Positions 1 to 14,017 of a stretch of 64,000 nucleotides of DNA are shown piece by piece. Position 1 is the stretch's first letter. Every line of letters starts with the position of its first letter. The stretch lies in the NCBI GenBank assembly GCA_964270895.1, contig OZ185441.1; one strand, given 5' to 3'. A program made the position numbers and the translations under genes. Source of the stretch: Podarcis filfolensis. Taxonomy: Eukaryota. A model generated the notes under the pieces. That model saw nothing but the letters and a program-made list of their open reading frames with translations, had not been told where the DNA came from and made no database searches.

Positions 1-1678
1 TTATAGTGCATCTGACATTCTGAAAAAAATAGACAATCCATTTTTTTGCTATGTTTGTGCCGTTTTCCTTGTTCAGTTACTGTACTGTTAGTGTCTGTAG
101 AATGATCCTATTAAGGTTAGTGCTGTAAGAACATTTTAAAATCTCTGTATGGCATTTGTTTTATGTCTTGGCTTAAAGCAGTGTCAACAGCGTTCAAAAC
201 TCCCATTGTTCTAGGCACATTTTGCGACTGAGAATTTCATTAGCACAAACAATTTCTGAGCAGTACTGCACCTAAAATTTCTGATTTAAACTGCCGCTGC
301 TGATGCTGAGGGCGTGGGAGGAGAAATTTTGCCTGCTCAACTTCCAAGAAATCACTGCAGCATCAGGCAAGCTGATAGGTTCTGCCTCTCAGCTGGCCTT
401 ACAGAAAGGCTGTGTTTTGAGGGACCCTCGAATATTAAGGGGGCAGGCAGGGGAAGCATGGCTTTGTGTTTTTTTGCAGTCTTCAGATGACGACTAGACC
501 ATGTGAAAAATGAACATAAGATTTTAGCAGCAGTTCATTAATTTTCAGTTTTGTATTGTTATAAAAAAGTGTGCCTAGTCATTCTGTTGTGGCGCACATA
601 ACTTGGTTTAATGTGCCATTTAGCTCCTAGTTTTCATAACTCAGCTTCTACCACTGAGTGTCAAACAGTTTAAATTGCCAACAAGCTATCTGGAGAGGAA
701 AAAGGCTTCACTTCTTTTATCTGGTCCCTTTTCTTTCTCTCTCCTTTGTCCTCTCTTGCCCTTGAAAACTTTCCCATGTTTGTCCCCTTGCTTTGTTGAT
801 ACCTGAGATAATACCAGGAGTTTAGATTCCTGGAGGCAGATCTAAATTAGAAGAGGGAACTGTGGACATGGTGTTGGGCAGTAACCCAAGTGTGTTGTTG
901 ACCTTAAAACCAGTACATTTCTGCTATGGGGGTGGCTTGGTCTGGGTGGACAGGTATGGTTGAATGAGGTGAAGGATCTAATAAGTGATATGCTATGGAT
1001 CTCCCCATAGGAGTCTGGGACTCGCCCACAAATTGCTTTTTTCTTAACTAATTGGAAAGAGTCCCTCATCCTCACAAGACAAGTTGTGACTCTTTATGAT
1101 TAGGAATCTGATCCAGAAAGTAGGTACATGCAACATAAATGCTCTCCTTTGATGTGAGCTCAGAAATGCTTCGCAAAATTCTTAAGTTAAAGGGAAGTGC
1201 CTTTAACTTTAAATCCATGAGATCTGCATTGCGTGTATTGGTCTTTATATTTGTTAGTTACTTTGTACAAAAAAGTCTCAAAGCAATTTAACAACAGGGT
1301 TAAATGCCCAGCTGCACCATGGTCATGCGCAAAGATCAGCCTGTCGTTATTCTGAGCTTTTCAGTACTAGAGGGGAATGTTTTGGAAGAGTGGGACTTAA
1401 AAATGTGCACCCTGCGAGTCCCAAACAGTACTACCAAGTTCCTGTTCTAGACTGGCTGAAGACCTGAACAGCACACACGTTGTAGTGTTTAGGGGTACAC
1501 TGGAGCATTATGTTGTGGCACATGATTCTTTACGCTCACATTTCAGTCTTTAGAGGTTTGCTGTTTTTCTGGCTGAATGTTAAAAATATCCTTCAGCTTG
1601 TCCAATTGTATAACTTTAAAGGTTGCATTTTGAAAACATGTTGAAAACTTCTTGCCCTTGGCTTAGAATGGAAATTAA

Positions 1679-1957
<279 letters not shown>

Positions 1958-3233
1958 TAATGATTGATACACTATAAACTCTTGGGCTTTGAATAATAAG
2001 CAGTTTGAAGTGGATAATAAACCAGATTGTGGAAATTTGAGTATTGTTCTCCCACTACCGATCAGAACATATTCTTGGCAGTAATGTGAGCCAAAATATA
2101 GTGCATGGTAGCTACTGGTTCAGTGTTGTGGTTTGCCATTGTTCCCTTTATTTCTGATGTTCAGGCTGTGAGTACCAGTGCTCACGTAGCTTCCCAAGCG
2201 AGAGCTATCAATAGATGCAGGAGTCCAAGGTGATGGGAAGGGGCACACTGAGGCAGTTAGCCACTGCCCATCCAGCTTATGCCACCCCCTCTCCTCTGAC
2301 TATCTCCCCTCTGTGCACAGCAAAGATTACTTGATATTACATAGATAGGGTTGGCTGTTAGTTGCCCAGTCTGCATCTCCATATCTTGCAACTGGTTTCT
2401 GAAACAATCTGGTCCTAAACTCTTAACACATTAACGGTCAGAACCAGCAGTGTAAATAAAGCCCTGAAACAGATGGGCAACCAGTAGGGATGGTATAACA
2501 CCCAGTCTTCCAGTACCTGATGGGAACTGGTAGAAGTTTCCTGAATGTCTAAAGGGAACCCCACATTGTCACGACCTATTCACTTCGAAATTAGGGCATG
2601 AACAACTGATGCCAGATCTGTCATCTTCAGGAAGTAGAGACAGGCACAGATGACAAATATTATTTACTATCTACTCATGTTTTGCCTTAATTTGAAGCAC
2701 GCTTTGTTAGACTATGGATTTCTGAAGATAAAAAAGCATATTGCTTCAAAGGAAAAACAAAACTATACAGCATTCCTATACAGATGCCTTGTCATGCATC
2801 TCTTTAAGAGAGTTCTTTAGTGCCAAGGCTAAACTTAGTGGTGATGTCATTTGTCTCGGGTTGCTGAAGAAGCTATAAGCCTTAGGATGGAAGAGATTCA
2901 TATTCAAAATGGCAGCTGGCACTCACCGTGAGCAATTTAGACAAGACTTAAAACACGTTTCTGTATCTAAACAGTATATAGCTTCTCAAGGCCTTCTTCA
3001 GACTTTTATGACTATACTTTTATGACTAGGCCTTATGACTAGGCCTTGGGAAATTGGCTTTAGGGTTGGAAAAGCCATCCAGAGGTAAAGGCTGCAACTT
3101 GAACATATTTCCAGAAGTTCATTTTTCTGTGCCATTTGACTCATACAGAATACAAAGCTGGAAAGCTTGACTTAAACTCATGGTGTGTGTACACGTCTGT
3201 GTCCAACATGTTCCTCCCTGGTTCATGCAAATA

Positions 3234-3478
3234 CAGTCATACCTCGGGTTACAGACGCTTCAAGTTGTGTTTTTTCGGGCTATGGATGCGCTGAAACCTG
3301 GAAGTGCCGGAACAGGTTACTTCCGGATTTCGGCGGTCACGCATGTGCAGAAGCGCTAAATCGCGCTTTGCGCATGCGCAGAAGCGCCGAATCACAACCC
3401 GCGCATGCATAGGCGCGGCGCTGCGGGTTGCGAACATGCTTCCCGCACGGATCATATTTGCAACCCGAGCGTCCACTG
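3234..3478. mobile_element. Non-autonomous Tc1/mariner (pogo/Tigger-like) MITE
   Basis: Imperfect TIRs CAGTCATACCTCGGGTT and AACCCGAGCGTCCACTG, each flanked by TA. The interior is CpG-rich. The TIR family is the same as for the element at 37486. Confidence 0.8.
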
Positions 3479-3827
3479 TAAAGGATTTATAACGCTTTAC
3501 ATTATTTGTTTTTTATCGGCAACTTCACAAACTTTTCGTTGCTCCTTTGTTTCTTAACCAATTCTTAGTCAACATAAATTTGCTGCTGCTTTAAACACAT
3601 TTGGCATTTCCTCAAGCATAAACATAAATGAAAATATTTGTGCAATTGCAATAGAACAGTATGTTTTAAAGCTATTATAAACATTTTGGTGTTGGTTGAA
3701 CTATGAGCCAATTCATATATTGTTTCACCTGGCTCTCCTGCATATTTGAATGGCCATGCTGAAGGTTTAGGGGTCAATCCATCCCCCGTTGGGTTTCTTG
3801 TATACTGCTTAAAGGCAATTGTAATAA

Positions 3828-4076
<249 letters not shown>

Positions 4077-4175
4077 TGATTTGATGCATTAACTGGTTCC
4101 GAAGCTAACTGGCAAATCAACAGGCCCTACAGGTGAAGATAGTTGCAAGATCTGAGAATATGTTGTCCAGTGTGA

Positions 4176-4370
<195 letters not shown>

Positions 4371-6274
4371 TGAATTTACTGCTTCAAAAGAGAAGTAGAG
4401 GAAGGTTGCAAGCAATCTGGAATGTACATTTTCTCTTTCTGGCCTTTCCTAGCGGTGTTATTTTTAACACATGCTCCTGTGTTCTGGGGAGTTGTATTTA
4501 TCTTATCCTACCAGTTTACTGATTGACTAACATAATTGCATCAAGTTTACCAGCAATTTATTGATATGACTCTTGCATTTAATCAGTGCAATAAAATCAA
4601 TGGTCCATTTGAAATGTCCATTTATTCAGTAACTGCAGCATTGTTGGTGAAAAATGTTTAAATGTTCTGAAATGATATTGCACTGGTAGTACAGGTGATA
4701 TTCTCAGATGGAGTCAAATGACTTGCATATGGCATTTCAACATATGATCTAGCTCAGGGGTGGAAAACCTTTTCAGCCTGGCGGGCTAGTTCCTGAACTC
4801 CATCATCCCCAGCCACTTGGTTATTGGTCACATGACATCAGCATGGTGTCAGGTGACCCGTTTCCCCCTTTGCAATGAGGCTTGAGTTCAAGTATCACAA
4901 TAAAAGGTTAAAGAATACTGCATGAGAAGATATCTAAATTGTGTTGCTGGTCTGTATACATGTAGCATTAGCAAGTCAGGGACCTGTAGTTGATGCTATG
5001 CCAGTATGGTAGGTAGAGCCTAGTGGTCAAATTTTTAAAATTACATTGGCTACTTTGAACCCTTGTTGGGTAAGGGTTCTCCGCCTCCCCTTTTTTTCCT
5101 TTCTTTTGCATGCTCAGCATTACTCTTAAACCAGGCATTAGCTAGCTACGAATGTGGCTTGGAGTCTCTCTTCCTACCCCTACCTCTCCAGCACATTTAG
5201 GGTGAAGTGGGAGAGCGGTGGTTAGCATCATGGATGAGATTAGGAGGGAAGGGAAGAGCATCGGTACAGGTAAAGAGAGCGAGGAATGGGTGGCTTGCTG
5301 GGTTGCTTAAGCCCTTTTCCAGTAGGGAACACTCTTGAGTAGTCCAAGCATTACTAACATATACTTAATGCCTCCCCACTGTGCGTGGTAAAACTTGTGA
5401 AGCTAGTAAGAGCGTAAAGATCTAGGCATGTAAAAATTAGAGATCTTCGTACTCTTTCTCTTCATGCTTCATACACTCAGCCGCCCACGCTTCTCTTCAT
5501 TGCCATATTTAAAGAGAAGGTCTTAAAATAGCTTTTAATTAATGCTTTTCAGACCTGCCTCTTAATTGCTCTCCAGCAAGACCATGGAAAGGCAGCACGA
5601 GCTTGTTTTGAACATGAAAAACAGAGATCCAGTATTTCATATTTGCCTTTTTATTTGGATCCTTGTATGAAGAGGAGGAGATATTCAAGGGCTATGCCCC
5701 ATTTTTGTATACTTAAAAACACACAATGCATGTGGAAGATGGCCTACGAGGTTTACTGCTCTCTAGAAGGAGATTTGGGGGGGGGAGTCACGTTGCACAA
5801 GCAGAAATCCTTGTGCTAATGGCACTCATTAATCGAATATCGCCCACTGTGTGTGCAAATTTGTTCTTCTTTTTAATATGGAGAGACAGCTGCCAGTTAT
5901 TTTGAGATACCTAAAAACTTATTGAGTGACGTTATTTATTAAAATTACGTTTCTAATTTCCGGTAGTTGGCATTTTGCTAGCCAAACTCATTATTAGAAC
6001 TTGAATTCTCATTAGACCAGTTAAAGAGGGACATTCAGTGGTGACTAACCAGACCATAGAACAAGTTTCCACTGGTGCAACAAGACATCCTCTCCTCTCC
6101 CCTGCCTACCCCCCAATTTTTCACTGTAGGGTTTGGAAAACCTCCAGAGCAGATTTAAGCAGAGAGTGAAGAAATGAAGAAAGTCCTATAATGTGCCATT
6201 GTCTGTCTCCCAAAGTATTATTTTCTTGCATTTGCACACAAATTTCAAAAATGACATTTTGCTTCCTCCTGCAG

Positions 6275-6313
6275 ACAGTACCAAGAGGCAAAGCATTACT
6301 GCTTCAGGCAAAG
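6275..6313 (+). CDS. TTC39C: TTC39C short coding exon (TVPRGKALLLQAK)
   Basis: cctcctgcag acceptor and AAG|gtaaaa donor. Length is 39 nt, phase 0-0. It matches recalled human TVGRGRALLLQAK. Confidence 0.9.
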
Positions 6314-6571
6314 GTAAAAAAAAAGTAAATTAATTGAGCATTGTTATTATTATACAGATGGGGCGTCCTTTCCTTCATGATATAGCCTGGCTGGACTTGG
6401 AGGGTGGCATTGCTAATAGTAATTGTGGGATGTGAATGGAAATCTCTTATCCTTCCCAGCCTGCATTGCCATTGAGGGTATTGAGCTATGTCCTATAAAC
6501 AAATAAATGCCATATTCTGTCCTGTGTAGCAGTTACCATGTTTTTTGGTAAACCTGAGTGAGTTAGGCTAA

Positions 6572-6691
<120 letters not shown>

Positions 6692-9600
6692 TGGGCAGGA
6701 TGCCTCAACTCTTTCTTCTCCCTGTTTCTGCACTCAGAGCAAAACTGTTAGGAGGACCAGCTTCTCTACTGAAAACAACCACCAGTGCCAGAGACACTTT
6801 TTCCACGACATCTAGAGTTGGTGGCAGAAAAACATTACCATCTTCAATGGTTAAGGGCAAAATTAGCCAAAAAATATTAAGTGTCCTAGGGCCTAATCCA
6901 GTAGCAATTTCTCTTGCACAAGTCCTAATTGAGTGAGTGGGAGCTAGAAGTTGCCTAACTCCTGGGATAGATATGTGAAGGCCTGGGGCGATGGGGACTG
7001 GAAAATTGGGTTAGGTCGTGGAGAGGCAGTTGTTACTCAATTATTCCAGCCCCCACCTCCCACTTGTCTTCATATCTCTACTCTGGGATTCTGTGGGATT
7101 TGTGCTAGAGGACTTCTCCAGGTTTGGAAGCCTTTGCTTTTGAGGTGTGTCTTTTTTGTTTGTTCTTAGACAAGTGGAACATATTTAGCTTGTGATTGTA
7201 CAAATGAGCCTATAATAAGCACACTTTGACTTCTATAACAACATTGGCTCAGTTTCTGCAAAAAGCTTTTTTCTCTCATTTTGGATAGGTTTATTTGTTC
7301 TTTTGAAGAGGGATACCAACTGTTTGTTGAAACAGTACTGTGTAATTAATTGTTTGAAACTGTAAATAGGCAGAAATAGATATTATTTTATTCAGAGGCC
7401 AACAAAAACAGAGCGAGCCTGGAAAGAATCAAGCCTGGCTCACTCACAGCACAGCAAACCTGCTCATTTAAGTTATATTGATCATCCAAATGCATGTGTA
7501 ACAGAGCCTACCCCTATATTTATGTTAAATTGTGTGAAGATTTAGAAACTTCTATTTTTCAGCCAAATGTTTATTTTTTAAACCCTTAATAATTGTGTTA
7601 CAGACATTTTTTATCTGTTTTAAATGGTACTGTTGCCTACTAGCTTTGCTGTTAACAAGGTGTTTACAAATTATCACTCATATGTTAAATATAATGGGAC
7701 TTGCCATGTGGCAGTCCAGACCTATGATGTCACTTATCTTTATTCCAGTTTGTTTTAGTGTTTTATTTTTAACAAGTAAGTGTTTTTTTTAAAAATCAAT
7801 CAAAAACAACTCAAACACCAATTTTTGGAATAGCAGTTTTCCTAAATACTTGGGAATTGTGTAACTTTGTAGAACTGAAGTACCATTTTCTTTCAAAGTG
7901 GTTAGAGCCTTACTTTCACTCCTGGTATCTAGCTATAAACTTTTATTCTGGCACACTCTGAAAAATGCTTACATTGTTTGTACTTTACCTGACTGGCTGG
8001 CTCCAACACTTTCTTGGCATATGGAGAGTACAAATTTGTTGGCCCTGATTCAGACCTTGGCAGGCTTCTAGCGAACACGTGGAGATAAATATAAGCAGGG
8101 GACTCCACATTGCACCTCCAGCTCTCGCTGATACTCCGTGTGGTGCAGTACATATAGAGCATTCCCCAACCTGCATAGGCCTGCTCCCCAAACTGCCAAA
8201 TATTGACTGGAGCTGTGGGTCAGATTGCCCTACTCTCCCTTTGGCCAGTAAAAAGCACTTCACGACAGCTGAACCTGCTGCCTTCAAAAAGAGAAGTTGA
8301 ATGTTTAAGAGCTGTAACTACACCTTTACTTTTTAGTAACACTATATGCTGTGAATATTTTTTTATTATTATCATTATTTATTTCTTTGGAGGAGTCCCA
8401 TTTCTCAATGGATTGACAGCTTATCTGCTTTGGTTTCATTTTGTAGACATGGGATGTTTGCTCTTTAGTTTGCTTTAAATGGCAGGATTTGCCATTCTGT
8501 TTCTTGGCTTGGAGATTAAAAAAAAACACAAACCTGTTGGGATCCTTGCAGTAAAGGCAAGGGGATTGGGAAATTAGCAGCGCTCAAGAAAGAGACTGCA
8601 GTTGCCTTACAACAAGATGGTTTCACCCTTGGTGGTCACACAGAGAGTCAATGGGTATCAAACACAGCAGCAGCATCCTCATCCCTGCATGGTCATGGGA
8701 TTGGAGGATAAGCTTTCAATGTTGAGCTCATGAAACAGGAGCAGCCATCCTACAGCTACAAAATTTAACAAAACTTAAAACACGTAGTGGGTTGGGAGCT
8801 ATATGCCTGTGTGAAAGCATTTTTGACCCCTGATTGCTTATGAATCTCACAAACACACACAATTTTTCTGCTAGTTTTTTTTTTAAATTGGTGCAAGCAC
8901 TTTACCTTATCTGCAGTTTTTCTTTAGACACGAATTGGTAAGTTAAACTAGCCCAGCATCTTAGACTCTTGTAGAAGTTGACTATTTTAAGTACACCTGT
9001 GCCAGCTTACATGACTTGAGGATTACACACCAATAAATGCCTGAGCAAGGCTATTAAAGTTAGAAGACTTTTGCACTGGCATGATGGGTTCATAGGAGGG
9101 GCTCCTCACAAGTGTCTAGATGATAAATAAAACAGTAGTGACCTGACCATGGGCCTATTGCTGTCACCAGGTCTGTTTTGAGATGTGCTAATCTTGCAAG
9201 CAAAGTAATCTCGCCTTGTATGTTGACAGCGGCTCAGTGCCATCCATGTATTTCCCCCACTCCCACCCCTCTCGTGCACACATAGAAGAAACCTCTATCT
9301 TGTAAATGTCAAAGGTATTTTTATATTAGATTATGCCAGTGATGAGAATAATCTCAGCTGTATTTTATGTAATTGGAATAAGTTTTTATACTTTATAGCT
9401 CGGAGGCATGGTCTAATAGCAATAACAGAGTAAGCATCTCATTGGTTTAATATATATATATATTATTAAGAATTTACCAGGTCTGGTATATTTTTGTTGT
9501 TGTTGATACCTTATCGCATTATGACGTCCTTCAAGTGAATAACTTGAATTTTTACATGTCACTTTAGATTGTTTACTTTGGTGTGCTATAAATGTCTTTA

Positions 9601-10850
9601 ATTTACAGGACTTGTACTTTAAAAAATATTTCTGCTGAGTAAAATTAAGAACAAGATTTGAGGGTTTTCCCTTCTTTGTAATTACCCTTCAGTTAAGTAG
9701 CCTTCTAGTGATAAATATGCATAGTTTTTCAAGGATACGTGGATGTTTATCAAAGTGAATGGTGTAACTTATGGCCAAATTTGATGTGGTGCAGGAGACA
9801 TGTGGAGGGTTTCCCAATAGTTTTGTTTAATGCAGTTGCAAGGGCATTCATTTGATCAGAGTTGGAAGGAGGGTGGTGCTTAACCACCTACTGAGCAATA
9901 CACACAAGCACTTGAGAGAATAAATACTAGGGCCTGTTACCTTTTTCCATTCTGGGCAGAAGGAATTTTGATGAGAGAAAGGATTAAATTCCCCTTCTGC
10001 TCTATTCAAATTAGGGTCATATCTAGGCTGGGTCTTTAGGCCTAGTTCTCCTCTGAGGTGGTAGGCCTGTGCTTGGCTTCTTTCAAGAAAGTCTGAGGAA
10101 GTGGGCTCACAGGATTAAATGTTCCTCTGTATTTCACAACCACAACACCTCCACATAGAAGACTAGCTTCTCAGGAAAAGAAGTTTCTAACCTAGAATCC
10201 TTCTTCCTAATACCTAGTTTTCCATGTACAGCTCAGATTGGTTTATCACCTCAATGAGAACAAAGGCTGAAATGTTCTGGGCTGCCACCGGAACCTGAAT
10301 GTTTGTTCTTCATGTTTTAGTTTCTCCAGGTTTTGCAGACTGAGTACTTCTACCATATTCAGCTCAGAACTGATTCATACTTGCATAGAAATATCAGCAT
10401 ACAGAATACATGTGCAGATAGATGTTGGTTGAATGGTGAGCATGCACTTAAAATTGCTGGTTTTCCCTAAATATACCTGGTTACAAGGGTGTGTGATTCT
10501 TTCCTTTTAGTTTCCCCTGTGTCTACTGTAGGGAAACCCAGCTGTTTAATAGTACTCATGCCACTCAGTTGATGCACTTGCCCATGTCTTGTGTAAGCAA
10601 AATTCAACCTATGAAATGGGTCTCAGTTGTGGCTTGGACAACAGTATTCTATGTGTGCTGCAAAGACATGTTTCCCATGCAAAATCTGTACTTGTTTACC
10701 GTTTTAAAAAAATGTTTTCCTTAAAAGATGTATTCACTTTCCCCCCCGGAGCCAAACACTTTATGTTCTGCCACTAAACTTTCAATGCTTGTTTCTTATA
10801 TTTACCACATTGGTTCTTAAATAAAATCTGTAGAACATTTTCCTGACTTG
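6692..10850 (+). other. TTC39C: Probable TTC39C 3' UTR, about 4.1 kb to the distal poly(A) signal; more proximal ends are possible
   Basis: Follows the stop codon and is AU-rich. AATAAA lies at 10820-10825, followed by a U-rich tract (ctctgtttttt). Confidence 0.5.
10820..10825 (+). terminator. Candidate distal poly(A) signal of TTC39C
   Basis: Canonical AATAAA with a downstream U/GU-rich element. Confidence 0.5.
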
Positions 10851-12187
10851 ACCTCTGTTTTTTAAATGCCATCCTGTTGTATCCCTCAGCACCTGCATAG
10901 ATTACATCAGCGGCTTAGCCAGGAGGGTTGCTTGATCAAACAAATGGGAAAGGGACAATTGTTGCACAGCAAATAACAGCAGAGTTAATGCAATAGAGGA
11001 GCAATTAATTAAATTGAACAAACTGTGGAAATCAAAAGAAAATTTATAGTGAGTTAATTTTTTTGCTAGCCTAGCTCAGAGGAAATGGAGTGTGCTGGGC
11101 TTATAATATGATACAATAATATTTATCAATGAAATTGTACAATTTCACATCCCTCACTTGTGAACCATTGCATTGAAAACTGGTTCCCTTCTTTTTCTGT
11201 TGGAGTGCCAAGACTGCCACAATTAGACTGGAAGCTTTGTAGCATAAGTCACACTCACAATAATTCATTCAGCATAACTTGGATAATTTTTACATGGTAT
11301 GAACTGGGTATGATTTACATTTGGAAGGGATTTCCCTCTAGATTAAGTTGCTTGGAGGCCTTGGAGTTTGTTTTGTGAGCTGAATTGTGCCACAGGTTGA
11401 TCTGTGTTGTGCAAGTGGGTGAATGGTCTTTGTGTGCTGGGTTACGTTTAGATGGCCTTCAATCTCTTCCAGTGTAATGGTTGCATAAAATCCATTAGAC
11501 TATGCACAATGTTCACTACTTCAGTTTGAGAATTTTTCAAAAATCACTTTGTTTAGGTATTCAAGGTGGTGGTCATACAAGGTTGTATACGGTTTAATCT
11601 GTAGTACAGACCTGCAGATAGTTCAGTGCTTTCAAGCCTTAGCTCAAACATAAGATAGGGAAATGCCTGAATAGATCCCAGCATTTTGAAAACATTAGCA
11701 TTAAAAAAAGGAATCAAAATACACTTGTATTAATTACCTGAGTGTTTGAATAATTCCAGATCTACAAAGTTCTACTTCTGCTTTCCATGCATATGCAGGC
11801 TTTGAAAACCTTTTATCTGCCTATACTCAATTGCTTACTCACTTGACTACTAGCTTTGCCAAGAGTCCACCTGCATTCACTCCCACACTTGTCTTTTACG
11901 TTCTCCTAAAGTCCTGAGTTACAGAGAATTGGTCCACAATGTTCAAAATCAGAAAATACATGACAACAAAAACCAGAATACTGTGAAGCCTCAAAAGCTT
12001 ACATGAACTCCCCAGTGGAGATCTGTGCCTGCTGTGTTTCAGGATCTCTTCACATACTTTATTTTCAGGTGCACACAGAAGTCAATGTAGCAAATAAATG
12101 TTCGGAAAGCACATGCATCATATAGCTATACTCACAGAAGCGGATGCCAACAGTCCCATTGACTTGCATGCAACTTGTTAATTTGTT

Positions 12188-12522
12188 ACCACAGAGCCTA
12201 GGGCTTGCAGATCAGAAGGTCGGCGGTTTGAATCCCCGCAACGGGGTGAGCTCCCGTTGCTCGGTCCCTGCTCCTGCCCCTGCCAACCTAGCAGTTTGAA
12301 AGCACGTCAAAGTGCAAGTAGATAAATAGGTACCGCTCCAGCGGGAAGGTAAACGGTGTTTCCGTGCACTGCTCTGGTTCACCAGAAGCGGCTTAGTCAT
12401 GCTGGCCACATGACCCGGAAGCTGTACGCCGGCTCCCTCAGCCAATAAAGCGGGATGAGCGCCGCAACCCCAGAGTCGGCCACAACTGGACCTAATGGTC
12501 AGGGGTCCCTTTACCTTTACCT
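12188..12522 (+). mobile_element. Sauria SINE (5'-truncated, lacertid-type)
   Basis: tRNA-derived head remnant with a box-B-like GGTTTGAATCC, the characteristic core (gccaacctagcagtttgaaagcac...tagataaataggtacc) and an ACCTTT-repeat tail (ccctttacctttacct). Confidence 0.9.
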
Positions 12523-12959
12523 ATAGCCCTTGGAAGGCGCTCAAGCAGTGAAATTATACGGATTTAATGGAGCTAGGGGAGAACTTAATGCTGAATAGCT
12601 GAGCTTTTCACGTTTATATAGCATTTCTTGACACATTGCAAGTGGATTTGAAAAGTCAAACATTTAGGAAACATGTCTTTTGTACTCATATTCACATGCC
12701 TCCTGTATGTTGTCAATTTGTATGCATGCAGGCATCCATTTTGTTGCTGCTTATTTATAAAGCACCTCCAAAATACTGGAAGGAGAGAGGTATGTGTCTT
12801 CATGAGTGTGCAATCTAACCTTTGACAGCAGTATGAAGGTACATTTTATAGGGGTGGGAGAAGCATGTGTTACAGATTGTAAACAATCTTTTCAGACAAA
12901 ACAATTTTTTAAAAACACATTTATAACCACCTTGCCTTCTGCTCGCTATTTTATCACCA

Positions 12960-13075
12960 GAGGAACCCTGTAAGCTGGGTGAGGCCAAAATGCAGTGCTT
13001 TGCCCTAAGGTCCGCTAGTGAAGTTCATGTCTGAGCGGGGATTTGAACCCTAGGCACTATGCCACACCGTCTCTA
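12960..13075 (-). mobile_element. Degraded tRNA/CORE-type SINE fragment
   Basis: The + strand reads ggggatttgaaccc...cactatgccacac, which is the reverse complement of a box-A/box-B tRNA-like head. The family assignment is from memory. Confidence 0.45.
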
Positions 13076-13259
13076 ATTGCCAATATAACTTGAATTTAAA
13101 TGTGGGGAATTGCCTTTTGCCAGCACGGGGTCGGCCTCTTGTTGAACACCACAGGCTTAATAAGAGCTTCCCCCACTCGCTTCCCTCAGGTAAACGAGCG
13201 TAGCCAAGTCAGTTTCACCTGGGAATGCAAACAGTGAGGGACATATTAATTCTCTGTAC

Positions 13260-13600
13260 TAGATAACTCGTCACGTGTAAAGCCACTGGCGGGTTTTTTA
13301 TTGTAATCATGACGCGTTTATGTAACGGCCGTGTGATAACTGCAGCTGGATCCCCGACGCCCTGACCCGCTTCGCGCCTGTTTCAGTGAGGCGCGCGCTC
13401 ATCTCGAGTTGGCTGCGCTGAGGGGCTTCGCGCGTATATCTAGAGCAGGCCTGGCGAACGTCAGGGCCGGCCTCCCCGCCCTTTCCTTAGCGCTGGTCTA
13501 ACTCGGCCTTTGTGACCTCACAAATGCGTGCGCTCTAGCCCCGCCCACCAGGAGCATCTCGATATAAAAGGTCCGCCGGTCTTCTTCGCCGCTTCAGAGG
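13260..13600 (+). promoter_or_regulatory. CABYR: Probable CABYR promoter
   Basis: E-box GTCACGTG at 13270-13277, TGACG at 13310, MYB-type TAACGG at 13323-13328 and TAACTG at 13337-13342. GC boxes CCCCGCCC at 13474 and 13539, TGACCTCA at 13513 and TATAAAAG at 13563-13570. It sits at the 5' edge of the CpG island, 1.3 kb upstream of the ATG. Confidence 0.65.
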
Positions 13601-13900
13601 AGGCTCCGGCAAGGGGCGAGGCGGGAGCTTCGGCGCAGCCGACTAGCGAAGTATTTTTTAAAGAAAGGTCGGGCGGCTTTCGAGCCAGCGGCGGTTTGGC
13701 GAGCGAGGGAGCCACCTTGTGGCTGATGAGGAGGACGAGCGGGTTGGATGGGGAGCAAACAAGGAGCTGAGCGAGGGGCGGCTTCCTGCGTGCAGGGCCG
13801 CGAAGCTGGGCGAGGGGCGTGCAGGGAAGGGCGTCGGAGCCCGGGCTCGAGGTCTCGGGAGCGGCGCCCCACTACGGCTGGATGGTTTATTTCAGTTGTG
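13300..13900. promoter_or_regulatory. CpG island
   Basis: About 600 bp that is visibly GC-rich and dense in CG dinucleotides, in an otherwise CpG-depleted window. Confidence 0.85.
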
Positions 13901-14003
13901 GTTACCCTCCCCACAGGGAAGACTCTCAGCACATTTCTCAGCTATTTGTGTCTTATTATGGCATAAACTTCGTGGACCACTTTGTCCACTTCATCAGATG
14001 CAT
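13596..14003 (+). other. CABYR: Putative non-coding first exon of CABYR (start approximate)
   Basis: Donor CAT|GTAAGT at 14004. The start is inferred about 30 nt after the TATA box. The next exon's acceptor is at 14886-14887. Confidence 0.45.
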
Positions 14004-14016
14004 GTAAGTGTGTGTA

Positions 14017-14017
<1 letters not shown>

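Noticed and set aside
3006-3047. Short tandem duplications (ttatgactaggcc x2; also aaatatagctgg x2 near 14076-14100)
   Set aside because: Ordinary local slippage with no unique spacers. This is not CRISPR-like, and the DNA is eukaryotic.
12200-12250. tRNA-like box-B sequence
   Set aside because: It is the head of the Sauria SINE; no cloverleaf or intact box A is present.
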